From positions 23,746,001-23,810,000 of the forward strand of contig NC_088807.1 of the NCBI RefSeq assembly GCF_011386835.1: 64,000 bases of DNA, read 5' to 3'. The position numbers and the translations under genes are program-made. The first letter of the stretch is position 1, and every line of letters begins with the position of its first letter. This DNA comes from Chrysemys picta bellii. Lineage: Eukaryota. Below, piece after piece: positions 30,971 to 43,161 of this stretch. The notes under the pieces were generated by a model. It did no database searches and was not told the origin of the DNA. It was given only the letters and a program-made list of their open reading frames with translations.

Positions 30971-31058
30971 CCACAATCCCAGGCGCCGTGACCTCCTGTG
31001 CAGGAACCAGCCCCTGTTGCTGAACAGGTATGTGTAGCTGAGCCAGACGTGCGCCAAC
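30971..31058 (-). other. Candidate upstream NTF4 exon (88 nt, open and in frame with the main exon)
   Basis: Unique-sequence island between repeats: ctggcag|G TTG GCG CAC…GGA TTG TGG|gtaata. It ends in phase 0, matching GTC CCC GTG GTG ATG. Confidence 0.4.
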
Positions 31059-32749
31059 CTGCCAGTGCAGGGAACAGCCAGCGCAGCGGTGCCCCTCACT
31101 CCCGACCCGCAGCCCCCGCTCGCCCGGCCCTGGGCTCCCCCCGACCCTGCCGGTGCCCCTCACTCCCGACCCGCGGCCCTGGGCTCCCCCCGACCCTGCC
31201 GGTGCCCCTCACTCCCGACCCGCAACCCCCGCCCGCCCGGCCCTGGGCTTCCCCCGACCCTGCCGGTGCCCCTCACTCCCGACCCGCAGCCCCTGCCAGC
31301 CCGGCCCTGGACTCCCCCTAGCCCTGCCGACGCCCCTCACTCCCTACCCGCAGCCCCTCCCCCCCCATTGGTGCCCCTCACTCCCGACCCGCAGCCCCCT
31401 GTGGTGTTCTAACAGCAAAATTCTATCCAGGGGCAGGTTGGGGTCCTAGGGGTTGGAGGACCAAGTAAAACTGGGCCTGTGATCTGTGTGTCCCCAGTCT
31501 GGATCCCCCCTTCTCCTGTCACTGGAGCACTGGGCACCTCATCCCCGGCTCTTGGAGGGGAGGGGAGTCTAGTGGTTAGAGTGCGGGGGGAGGGGGGTGG
31601 GCTGAGAGTTGGACTCGTTCTAATCCAGTAGCCCCTGCTCCCCTCCCAGAGCCAGGGAGAGAACCCAGGCGTCCTGGCTCCCAGCCCCCCCTGCTCTAAC
31701 CACTAGACCCCGCTCCCCTCCCAGAGCCAGGGAGAGGACCCAGGCGTCCGGCACCCGCCCCCCCAGAGGGAGGCAGTGGCAGGCTGTGCCGGCGGTTGGG
31801 AGGGGGCAGCGCGGCCGGTCCGTGCCCCGGCTCTTGGCTAATGGAATCCAGGCTCCGCAACATCTAGGTGGATGGGGATGGGGGTGGGGGTGGGGGGTTC
31901 CCCTGCCCTGGGAGCTCCCTGCCCCCTCCTTGTTCACAAGCAGCCCCCCCTCCACGGGGCATCCCTCAGCCCCCACCTCTGCAAAGAGCACCTCTGCCGG
32001 TGCCCCTCACTCCCAACTTGCAGCCCCCTGCCAGCCCAGCTCTGCCCCCACAGCCCTGCCGGTGCCCCTCACTCCCGACCCGCAGCCCCCCGATGGCCCA
32101 GCCCTGCCGGTGCCCCTCACTCCCGACCCGCAGCCCCTGCTATTCCACCCACCTGACGTTGCAAGGCCCCTGTGCAGACAAACGAGGTCCCCGCGCCGTC
32201 GATCCTTCCCCCACGCGCCTTCGGGTTTCAACATGAGAAGTTAATCAGCCGTCGCAGCGCGCGGGGCTGGAATTTGCGTTTCCGGGCTGCCAGGGAATGG
32301 CAGGCCTGGGGGGGGGAGGGAGCGTGTGCGGGGGGGGGACGACACCGCCCCCTTCCATCGCTGAGCTATTGGGGCCCAGCAGGGTGGGGTGGGGACCGCC
32401 AGCAGGGAGGGCGAGGGGCCGGGCGGGGAGCCGGGGGAAGGGGGGCTGGAGCCAGGTAGACAGGCAGCCTGCAGCCGGAGAGGGGGAGGGTGGAAATCTG
32501 CCGGGGGGGGGAGGAGGCAGGAGAGGCCCCCCCTTTCCCCGCACGCCCCTCACCTGATCCAGGTCTGGCTTCAATTACAGGCAGGCATCCCCCCCCAGCC
32601 ACCTAGACACGTGTGGGGGCGGGGGGTAACCGGCTCCTTTGTGTGTGAGCCCAGCCCTGGGCTGGGGGGCTGGCTGTAAGGGGCAGATCCCAATACCAGT
32701 CCCAATCCAGAGTCAGCCCCCTCCCCGCCATCTGCCACAAGGGCAGGGT

Positions 32750-33110
32750 TGGGTTCTGATCTCAATTCCCCCCAGGGTCAATCTGGAGTTACTCCTCTTC
32801 ACAGTGGGGTCAGGGCTGGGTTCTGATCTCAGCTCCACCTGGGGTCAATCTGGAGTCACTCCTCTTCACAGTGGGGTCAGGGCCGGGTTCTGATCTCAGC
32901 TCCACCTGGGGTCAATCCAGAGTCACTCCTGTTCACAGTGGGATCAGGGCCGGGTTCTGATCTCAGCTCCCCTGGGGTCAATCTGGAGTCACTCCTGGTC
33001 ACAGTGGGGTCAGGGCCGGGTTCTGATCTCAGCTCCACCTGGGGTCAATCCAGAGTCACTCCTGTTCACAGTGGGGTCAGGGATTGGTTCTGATCTCAGC
33101 TCCCCTGAGG
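32750..33110. repeat. ~63-bp tandem repeat (5-6 copies)
   Basis: gggttctgatctcagctccacctggggtcaatctggagtcactcctcttcacagtggggtcagggcc units. Confidence 0.85.
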
Positions 33111-35376
33111 TCAATCCAGAGCCACCCCAGGCTGCACTGGGAGCGAGGGTGGGCTCTGATCTCAGCCTCCCCACCCCCTCTGCCCGGGTGTCGTCCCTCA
33201 GCCAGGCGGTGACCCGGCCCCCACTCCCAAGCCCAGACTCCCCCCGCACGGTGCTGGAGCCGGTTACGCTCAGGTCCCTGGCGCGGCTGATCTGTGACCC
33301 ACAGCCTGGCAGGCCCAGCGAGCGGCAGGTGGGTGCAGGGAGGCGGGAGGGGGAGATACAAAGACTCTGGATTAGCTCAGGTTGCAAAAATGCAGGAAGG
33401 AAACTGGCTTATCCCCTCCCCCCCACCCCCAACAGCCAGGCTCCCCCCTGCTGTGGGGCCAGATGGGAGCCAGCGCCCCCTAGAGGGGACAAGCCCCATG
33501 CCCCATTCTCCGCCCCCCCCCCAGCCAGGCCTCAACAAAGCAACCACCTGCTTTCAGTCCCAGCCACCTGCCTGGAGGCCCCAACCCTGCCCGGCTCCCG
33601 CTTTTCACCTCCCTTTTGTGCTCTGAACACCGGCTGTTCGCGGGGCCGGGCGTCTCCGATGACTCAAGGGAGGCCGGGAGACTCGAATCAGGCTAAAACC
33701 CCCTTTGCAGACAATGCAGCGCTGAGCCGGGCTCGTCAGCAGTTCCAAAAAGCCAAGCGAGGAACCTCGGTGCAAGCAAAAAGTTGGTTCAGAGAACCTC
33801 AGAGCGCCCGGCAACCGGGAAACGCAGGCGGGACCTTTGCAAATACCCACCGAGGCCGCGGCACCAGCATCTGTCATTGGCAAAAGGCCTGGGACCTTCC
33901 ACGCCAAAGACTCCGTTGAAAAGACCGTCCGAGCGCTCGCAAATCCGGAGAGGTTGCAAATGAACGATCTCACGGCACGGCGACAATTCGCCTTCTGCGA
34001 GCGGCGTGTTTATCTCCCGCTTGAAAAACCTAGGAAATCACCAGCCCAAAAACTTCGTTAAGAAAAAGAAAAAGAAAAAGCCACGCTTGCAAAACGCTCG
34101 GCAGCCTGAGAGTCGGAGATTGCGAATTAACGCCCCGTCTGTTTTCTACGCTCTGCCGGTGTTTGGCTGGTTGTTCCCTTTCGGCTGTCAGTTTTACCTC
34201 AAACCTAGGCACCGGCGAACGGGAATGTGTTTAAAAGACCATTGGCACAGAAGTAAGGGGGACTCGCAACAGCTGGATGGTTTCTATTAGTTTTTTCGCC
34301 GTCCGCTTTTCATTTAAAAAAAAAAACAACAACAAAAACCTAGGAAATCCCGAGGCCAAAACATTGTGAAAGAAACCTCAGAGCTGCAAAGTGAAGGCAG
34401 GAAAACGGCAGATTAACTTGCGGGCGGCAGAGCTGGCCAATTCTGCTCTTGTCTGGCCAGGTTTTTATTTAATTGCTTGGTTTCTAGTCTTTTTTTCCCC
34501 CTCTTTTCTTAAAAAAAACCAACCCAACCCCAAACCCATAGGAAGTTCCCTGCCACACACTTTGTTATAAGGAGATTTAGGCTGCAAAGCAGCAAGACAC
34601 CGGGAAATGCCAGTGTGGAGGGGGCAGATTAATTCCCGGTCTCTTTGGCATGGTCTTGACTGGTCTCACCAAGCCGCGTTTCTCACCATGTGTGTTTTGC
34701 CCTCTCCTTGTGTGGCGGGGCCGGGGGAGCAGTGCATTTCAATGAGGGCGGGGGGGGGGGGGGATGAGTGCTTCTCTTGTGGGAGGGGTTGCGCGGGTGG
34801 GGGGCTGGGATGTGAACGCAGCGTGTTCCGTTGGTGGGTGCGGTGGGATGTTTAGGTATATTTGTGTGCGACCCTGTTGTGGGTTGGATTGGCTGGGATG
34901 TGTGTGAGCCGTTGGGGTGCGTGGGTGTGGTGTGTTGGGTGGGACGTGTTGTCGTGTGTTCAGTTGTGGGGGGACCCTGAGAACCCCTCAATGGCAGCTG
35001 TCCTGTAGCAGGACGTCCTGTCCGAGGCCTGACAAAGTAGCCGCACTTAACTCCCTGGTTCAAGAGGTTACGGGAAAAACCTTTTGCAGCCAGGCGCTGA
35101 CCAAAGGGGCCACACAGGTCTCTGCAGGGGGGAGGCAAGCGAGACGTGTCCCTCTGGGAATCCACCCTCGCCCGGCAGCCTAGAACAGAGATACTGGCTC
35201 CAAACAGCTGCTTCAGTTACTGAATCCGTGGGGTTGAGGCCCCTCAAGTCTGGACCCCGATCGTCCCATAAGGGGTCGGGAGAAAAGGCCGTTTGGGGGC
35301 GTCGTCCGGCAGGCTCCCGGCCTGTTGGGTCTCTGTGAAGCATGGTCGGATTTTGGTTTCTGGGTAACCCTCTGGC

Positions 35377-35545
35377 CAGGGCTGGCTCCAGGCACCAGCT
35401 TAACAAGCAGGTGCTTGGGGCGGCCAAGGGAGAGGGGTGGCACCTGCGGCAATTCGGGGGCGGCAGGTCCCTCACTCCCTCTTGGAGTGAAGGACCTGCC
35501 GCCGAACTGCCGCCGCTGATCACAGAAATGCTGGAGCCGGCCCGG
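35377..35545. mobile_element. hAT-type MITE
   Basis: TIRs cagggctggctccag…ctggagccggcccgg. Flanks cctctggc / cctctggt match 7 of 8. Confidence 0.75.
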
Positions 35546-35749
35546 CCTCTGGTGTCGCTGTGATGAGCTCGTCCGGTTGCCCCACAGCCCAGCCACTCGC
35601 ACTGCCCCTGACCCCATCCCCTGGCAGCACCCCCTCCCCGCCCGCCAGGGCCTGAGCTGGGATCCGCGTGGATTATTTCATAGCCCTCTGGGAATGAGGT
35701 TTTCACAGATTCACAGCGGAGCATCTCCCCTGCACCCACACACGTTAAA

Positions 35750-36610
35750 CCACCGGCAGGGCTGGGGGAGACTGGGCCGGTGGGAGCAGGGGCTGTGAGT
35801 CGGGAGTGAGGGGCACCGGCAGGGCTGGGGGGGGGGCAGGGCTGGGCTGGCAGGGGGCTGCGAGTCGGGAGTGAGGGGCACCGGCAGGGCTGGGGGGGGG
35901 GCAGGGCTGGGCTAGCAGGGGCTGTGAGTCGGGAGTGAGGGGCACCGGCAGGGCAGGGCTGGGGGGGGCTACGGGTCGGGAGTGAGGGGCACCGGCAGAG
36001 CTGGGGGGACCCAGGGCTGGGCTAGCAGGGGGCTGTGGGTCGGGAGTGAGGGGCACCGGCAGAGCGGGGGGCTGGACTGGGCTAGCGGGGGGCTGCGGGT
36101 CGGGAGTGAGGGGCACCGGCAGAGCGGGGGGCTGGACTGGGCTAGCGGGGGGCTGCGGGTCGGGAGTGAGGGGCACCGGCAGAGCGGGGGGCTGGACTGG
36201 GCTAGCAGGGGGCTGCGGGTCGGGAGTGAGGGGCACCGGCAGAGCGGGAGGCTGGACTGGGCTAGCAGGGGGCTGCGGGTCGGGAGTGAGGGGCACCGGC
36301 AGAGCGGGAGGCTGGACTGGGCTAGCAGGGGCTGTGGGTCAGGAGTGAGGGGCACTGGCAGAGCTGGGGGGTAGGGCTGGGCTAGCAGGGGCTGCGAGTC
36401 GGGAGGGAGGGGCACCGGCAGGACGGGGGGCAGGGCTGGGCTGGCAGGGGGCTGCGGGTCGGGAGTGAGGGGCACCGGCAGGGCTGGGGGGGGGGGGCTG
36501 GACTGGGCTAGCAGGGGGCTGCGGGTCGGGAGTGAGGAGCACCGGCAGAGTGGGGGGGGGCTGGACTGGGCTAGCAGGGGGCCGCGAGTCGGGAGTGAGG
36601 GGCACCAGCT
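35750..36610. repeat. gtcgggagtgaggggcaccggcag-family minisatellite (also ~29090-29340, 31090-31400, 32000-32130)
   Basis: Many tandem ~60-bp units. Confidence 0.9.
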
Positions 36611-38019
36611 AAGGACCCAGACCGTCCTAGGGAATCCAGGGAGGCGGTTTCCATGGCGCCCCAGGGAGCCCCCCCGCCCGTTACCATGACGAACGAGGTC
36701 GGTTTCCTTCCCCATCCAGGAGTTTCCTCCCTGCAGGGCCCCAGCTGGGGGCCCTGACCTCTGACCTCCAAACCCAGAGCACGGTGAAGGCAGAGGTGGG
36801 CGAGGGATCCCGGCAGCCCGCAGGGGTCCCCCCAACCCCCAGAGGGGCCACGTCCCGGTGCCGGGTGAGGGGTCCCCATTACACAGCTTCCCTGCAGCAG
36901 TCCCCCCTGCGGGTGGGGGGGCTGGGCTGTGGGGAGCTGGGTGGGGGTCAGTAGGGGGTGCCGGGCTGTGGGGAGCAGGGGGCGTTGGGCTGTGGGGAGG
37001 GGGGAGGGGTGGGGGCCAGTAGGGGGGCGCCGGGCTGCAGGGAGTGGGGAGGGACGGGGGTCAGCAGGGGGCTCTGGGCTGCGGGGAGCGGGGCGGGGGG
37101 TCAGCAGGGGGCGCTGGGCTGCGGGGAGCGGGGCGGGGGTCAGCAGGGGGCTGTGACAGGGAATCCCCTGCGGCTGGAGCGGCGCAGGGTCTCAGACACA
37201 CGGTTCTGATCCCAGCCGGCTGAGGAACCTCCCAGCCAGATGTGCTTCCCCCGGCCCGCTCACCTCAGGGGCCGCCCAGATGTTCTGCAGATGCTGCGAG
37301 AAACCGCTGGCTTCCAAACCTGCTCATTGTCTCAGGGGCTCCCTCCCCCTCCCCCGCCAGCCCCACAGCCACGTCCCCCCCAACTAGGGACTGGGGGAGG
37401 GGAGTCATGGGTTACAGTGGGGGAGGGGGGCTGGGAGCCAGGACTCCTGGGTTCCATTGCTGATCTTGATTTGAGTAACCCCCAGGCCCCCACCCGGATC
37501 CACTTATCCAGGGGAGCAGTGACGGGCCCCACCTGCTGTGGGTCATGGCTTTCACCGCTGCCATCCCCTGGTGTGGGGCTGGAGGAGGGAAGGGTGGGTG
37601 AGCTCACGACGCCAGGGGGCACTGATGTGGGGAAGCTCACAGCACTGGGCCCCCTGACTGAACACTGCTGGGATGCCGGGGTTCTGGGCTCCTGGCTTCT
37701 TCCCCCCCCCCCCGCCCCGCTGGTTACACCCTCCCCCCAGGTAATGACCCCCAGCCGGGCAGACCGGGGCGGGGGGAGCGAATGTTGGGTCTTTATGGCC
37801 GGAAATCCCAATCTGGCCCGTAAAAGCACCAGACGCAGGAATGGAGGGTAGGGGGAGTGGTAGCTGCGGGGACCTGGGAGCCAGGACTCCTGGGTTCTCT
37901 CCCCGGCTTGGGGAGGGGGGGTCTAGTGGTTAGGGCAGGGGGGGAGGGCACCACAGGGAAACGGGCACAGCAGTAAATTACCCCCGATGGGGACTGGAGC
38001 AATCAATACCTGCTACCTA

Positions 38020-39044
38020 GTGATCCCCATACGCCCCATCCAGTTACCCCCATAATCCCCCCTGCTCCCCACACCCCATCCAGATATCCCCCTGCTCCCC
38101 CACCCCATCCAGTTACCCCCATATCCCCCTGCTCCCCCCACCCCGCATCCAGTTACCCCCATATCCCCCCTGCTCCCCCACCCCATCCAGTTACCCCCAT
38201 AATCCCCCCTGCTCCCCACACCCCATCCAGATATCCCCCTGCTCCCCCACCCCATCCAGTTACCCCCATATCCCCCTGCTCCCCCCACCCCGCATCCAGT
38301 TACCCCCATAATCCCCCCTGCTCCATACACCCCATCCAGATATCCCCCTGCTCCCCCACCCCATCCAGTTACCCTATATCCCCCTGCTCCCCCCACCCCG
38401 CATCCAGTTACCCCCATATACCCCCTGCTCCCCCCACCCCATCCAGTTACCCCCATAATCCCCCCTGCTCCTCACACCCCATCCAGTTACCCCCATAATC
38501 CCCCCTGCTCCTCACACCCCATCCAGATATCCCCCTGCTCCCCACACCCCATCCAGATATCCCCCTGCTCCCCCACCCCATCCAATTACCCCATATCCCC
38601 CTGCTCCCCCCACCCCGCATCCAGTTACCCCCATATACCCCCTGCTCCCCCCACCCCATCCAGTTACCCCCATAATCCCCCCTGCTCCTCACACCCCATC
38701 CAGATATCCCCCTGCTCCCCCCACCCCGCATCCAGTTACCCCCATATACCCCCTGCTCCCCCCACCCCATCCAGTTACCCCCATATCCCCCTGCTGCCCC
38801 CACCCCGCATCCAGTTACCCCCATATCCCCCTGCTCCCCCCACCCCGCATCCAGTTACCCCCATATACCCCCTGCTCCCCCATCCCATCCAGTTACCCCC
38901 ATAATCCCCCCTGCTCCTCACACCCCATCCAGATATCCCCCTGCTCCCCACACCCCATCCAGATATCCCCCTGCTCCCCCACCCCGCATCCAGTTACCCC
39001 CATATCCCCCTGCTCCCCACACCCCATCTACCCATCCCCCCACC

Positions 39045-39085
<41 letters not shown>
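38020..39085. repeat. C-rich minisatellite followed by a (TATC)n microsatellite
   Basis: ccccatccagttacccccata…cctgctcc units; ctatctatct… at ~39045-39085. Confidence 0.9.
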
Positions 39086-41719
39086 CCCATGTATCTATCC
39101 ACCCCATTTATCTATCTATCTCTCCAGGGCCTCACACCCTTGGGGGCAGCGTTTGGGGGGCAGATCTCGGCTGACGCGCCCATGGGGCACCGAGGCTGGT
39201 GGGTTGGGATGGGAGGGGCCCAGCCGGGTGGGGGCTCGCGCGGCCCAGATCTGCCATGGCCAGTCTGGCGGGGGCTCACGCCCTTCTGCCCTTCCCCCCA
39301 TCGCTTGACCCACCACCCTCCCTGTCCCTCCGTCTGTCCCTGCCTCTGGCCACTCCCTCCACCGCCCCCTCCCTGCCCCCCCTCTTAATGCCGCCCACCC
39401 CCCACTCCGGGCAGGGGCACAAACTGGCCCCTGCGTCTGCCCCATGGGGCGACCCACTGTCCCCCCCCCCGGCCAGGCCACGGTGCTGTACCTTTAAATA
39501 CCCCCCTCCCTCCGGCCTCTGGCATCCCTACTATTTTGCTAGCCTAAATTTAAACCCTGCCACCTCAGCAGGACAGACGGACGGACCCCACCCCCCAGCA
39601 AAGAGCAAGGGAGGAATTGGTCACCCTGGATGCCCTCTGCGCCCCTCCCTGCCCGGGCACCAGGCCGGGCTGCAATCGTTGCTTGAACTCCTCAGGTCCC
39701 TTTGCCCTGGCTTGGCCGATTTACCCCAGCCGGGGGGCGGCAGGGGGCAGCTCTGGGGCTGCGTGGGGGGCGTCCCTCCCGGGTTACGCCAGCCGCGGAA
39801 ATGGAGGCTGGGGGACATGGAGCGGTGCCATGGGGTTACTCCTGATTTCCACCCCTATCCCGGCCGGGGCAGGCCGCGGGAGTGTGGCTGGATCCCACCC
39901 CCGGTTTCCGTTCAGGCCATGGGGCGGGCGGGGGGCAGGCAGTGAGACAGCAGACGCTCCCATCCCTCCTTTGCAATAAATAACGGGGCGGGCGGGTTTA
40001 TTGGCGATCAGGGCAGGCCAGTGTCTTCACACCGAGAGACAGGAGAGTCGGGGGGTAGAGGGGGAGGGTCCAGGGGAAGGGGGGCGCGCGGGAGGAAGTC
40101 TCTTGAAGTCCAGAGGGGAGAATCCGGCCCTGTGAGATCCAGAGCCTCGCAGAGGAGAGGTACAAACTCTGCATCCGGCCCCTCTCCCCATCCCTGCCCC
40201 CCAACTCTTCAGGGCCAAGCATGAGTCCCCATGGAGTCGGGAAGTCACTGCACCGTTCTATGCCTCGGTTTCCCCATCGGTAAAGTGGGGAGGATGAGCC
40301 TTCTCCTTAGTCCGCTCAGACCGTGAGGTCTTCAGGGCGGTAGCTGTTTCTTGTGGTTGGTCTGGGCAGCGCCCGGCACAACAGGGCCCTGATCTCGGCC
40401 GGGGTCCGTGCAGCGCCCGGCACGACAGGGCCCTGATCTTGGTCAGGGTCTGTGCAGCACCTGGCGCGACAGGGCCCTGATCTTGGTTGGAGTCTGTGCA
40501 GCGCCTGGCGCGATGGGGCCCTGATTTTGGTCGGGGTCTGGCAGCGCATGGCACCTCAGCGCCCTGATCTCGGCCACAACTCTCTTCCGAGAAATAATCT
40601 GCAAATAAAAATAAATAAAGCGCGAAGCTCAGGGGCCGACGTACGAAGTCCTGCAGGCACTGCGGGCGTCGGGGGGAGACCTTTCTGTGCAAAGCCCCCG
40701 CGTCTGGAGAAGACCCGGATCGGCCGGGCTGCAGGCCCCTGCGGCTGGAGCCCCTTTTAAGAAGCGGCCGTTCTTTGCAAAGCGCCTGGGAAGCGGAGAC
40801 CCAGCGCCTGGGACCTTGCATCCTGCAGTCCAGAGTCCAGCGTCTGCTTTAACTGTCCTGGCGGGACAGCAGTTCCCGGGACGTTCGGGGCTGGGCAGGA
40901 AGCGCTGGCTGGGGTCCCTCCGGAGTAGCCGCTCGGAGCGAGGCCCTGGTGGGGTGGCCCTGGGTCCCTCCAGGAAGGGGGCACCATGCGAGAGACCCGT
41001 GGCTGCCCCTGGGTGCATTGCGGGTCTGGGTGGTGTGGTCCACGTTGCTTTCGGGGTGGCCCAACAGATGTGCTGCTCGCCCGGACAATACACCAGCCGT
41101 GACACCACGGGGGACTGCGTGGTCATACAATGGTTAGAGCAGTAACTACTCATGGGCCCACATGCACTGTTGTTCCTGCACGCTTGCACCGTAATTGTGC
41201 TGTAGGCCCCACCTGCCCCTCGCACACACACCCCCGACAGGCCTTTCTCCTCACATTTACATTCATGCCTGTTCCTGGTGCCACTGTCCTCTCCGACCCA
41301 GCATTTAAGACCATTGAAACGAAAATTAAGACAACGAATGAGGGAGGTGGCCTGTAGCCAGGAGGACAATGGGGAAGGGGGGGGACGGAGATTTCTCCCT
41401 CTCCATCCCATGTCCCTCTTCTCCTACTCTATGCTGCCCTCCAGCTCGCTGGGCGTTTCTGTGTGTGGCAAACACCAATGTTTAAGACTTGGGACTCCCC
41501 TGAGCTTCTCTTTCCCCGCCTCAGGTTACCCATTAGCTTGGGACAAGCTGGAGGTATCTGATTCTGGGGGTACGGCAAGCCGGGGACACCTGGGTGGCTC
41601 CCGAACTCCTGGTGGATGCAACTGCACTCTGCGGGAGGTGTCAGCTTTGCAGGGTTTGGGGGAAAACATTTGATTGGAAGGGGTTTGGAGTGGGTTGGAA
41701 AAGGACCAGAAGGGGACTG

Positions 41720-42320
41720 AGTTGGGTTGGGGGATTGAGTAGAACTGAGTTGTGTTGGGTTAGGAGGGGACTGGACTGCGTTGGGTTGGGTTGGGAACGG
41801 GCTGGGCTGAGTTGGGAGGGGATTGAGTTGTGTTGGGTTAGGAGGGGACTGGACTGCGTTGGGTTGGGTTGGGAACGGGCTGGGTTGAGTTGGGAGGGGA
41901 TTGAGTTGTGTTGGGTTAGGAGGGGACTGGACTGCGTTGGGTTGGGTTGGGAACGGGCTGGGTTGAGTTGGGAGGGGATTGAGTTGCGTAGGGTTGCGGG
42001 GGACTGGACTGCGTTGGGTTGGGTTGGGAACGGGCTGGGTTGAGTTGGGAGGGGATTGAGTTGCGTAGGGTTGGGGGGACTGGACTGTGTTGGGTTGGGT
42101 TGGGAACGTTCTGGGTTGAGTTGGGAGGGGATTGAGTTGCGTAGGGTTGGGGGGACTGGACTGCGTTGGGTTGGGTTGGGAACGGGCTGGGTTGAGTTGG
42201 GAGGGGATTGAGTTGCGTACGGTTGGGGGGACTGGACTGGGTTGGGAACGGGCTGAGTTGGGAGGGGATTGAGTTGCGTAGGGTTGTGGGACTGGAGGGT
42301 CCTGGACTGCGTTGGGTTGG
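41720..42320. repeat. ~80-bp GT-rich tandem repeat in the KCNA7 3' region
   Basis: Units of gggttgagttgggaggggattgagttg…ggactggactgcgttgggttgggttgggaacgggct. Confidence 0.9.
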
Positions 42321-43161
42321 GGACAAGCTGAGTGACCCACTGACTGAGTTAAGTCGAGACTGAGCCGGGGCAGCAGTGTGGAGCTTGCCCTTATGGAAGC
42401 CGTGAGCCAAGTTTTCTTCTCTTTGCTTGGCCGGTTTTGTGGAAGGGCTGACGCCTTTGAGCCCAGCTTACCAGGCAAACGTCTCCAGGGGAGATCCGCC
42501 CTGCACCTGGTGGGGGCAGGAAGGAGACACACTCGGCAGAAACAACCGTCCCGGCCCCAGCTTTGAATCTGCCAGCATGGGAGAGGCCGGGTGGGCTGGG
42601 CATGTCCCTAGTTGAGATCTGGAGCTGATGGGAAGGATGGCTCCCGAAGTGGGACACTGGGGTGGGAGACAACCCCAGTCCAGCACATGAAACATAGTCA
42701 CAGTGTCCCTGGGGCTCTGGCCGCCTCCCCGGCCCCTGCCCCTGGCCCTCCACCTCTCCAACGGCTGAGATTGTATTGCCCTGCAAAGCTCACTCAGATA
42801 CCTTGGCAAGACGCCTTCCCTTATTTATCCCCACGCTTGCTATTTGGGGCTCGGTGGCGCGGGGTATGTTCCAGGGCGCTCTCCAGCAGATGTAACCCGA
42901 GAACATGCTGAGGTGAGCTGCTCTCAGTCAGGGAGCGGGAGACGGGACTGGGGGCGGGGGAGGCCTTGGTACCGGGCCGGCTGCAGCCAGAGCTTTCTGG
43001 CCAGGCGAGGGGGGCAGTATCCGTGCCAGGAGACACCCCCCATTCCCTCGCCCCACTCTGGTTAGAGACAGAGTGGCCAAACCCAGCACCCAATCTCGTC
43101 TCCCACCGCCCAAGAGAGGCGCCGAGGAGGGGTGGGGGCAGCAGGTTGGAAGTTGGGTGGG

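Noticed and set aside
40800-41340. Possible transposase or coding remnant in the KCNA7 3' region
   Set aside because: It looks like old TE-derived sequence, but I could not identify termini or a protein motif to support a call.
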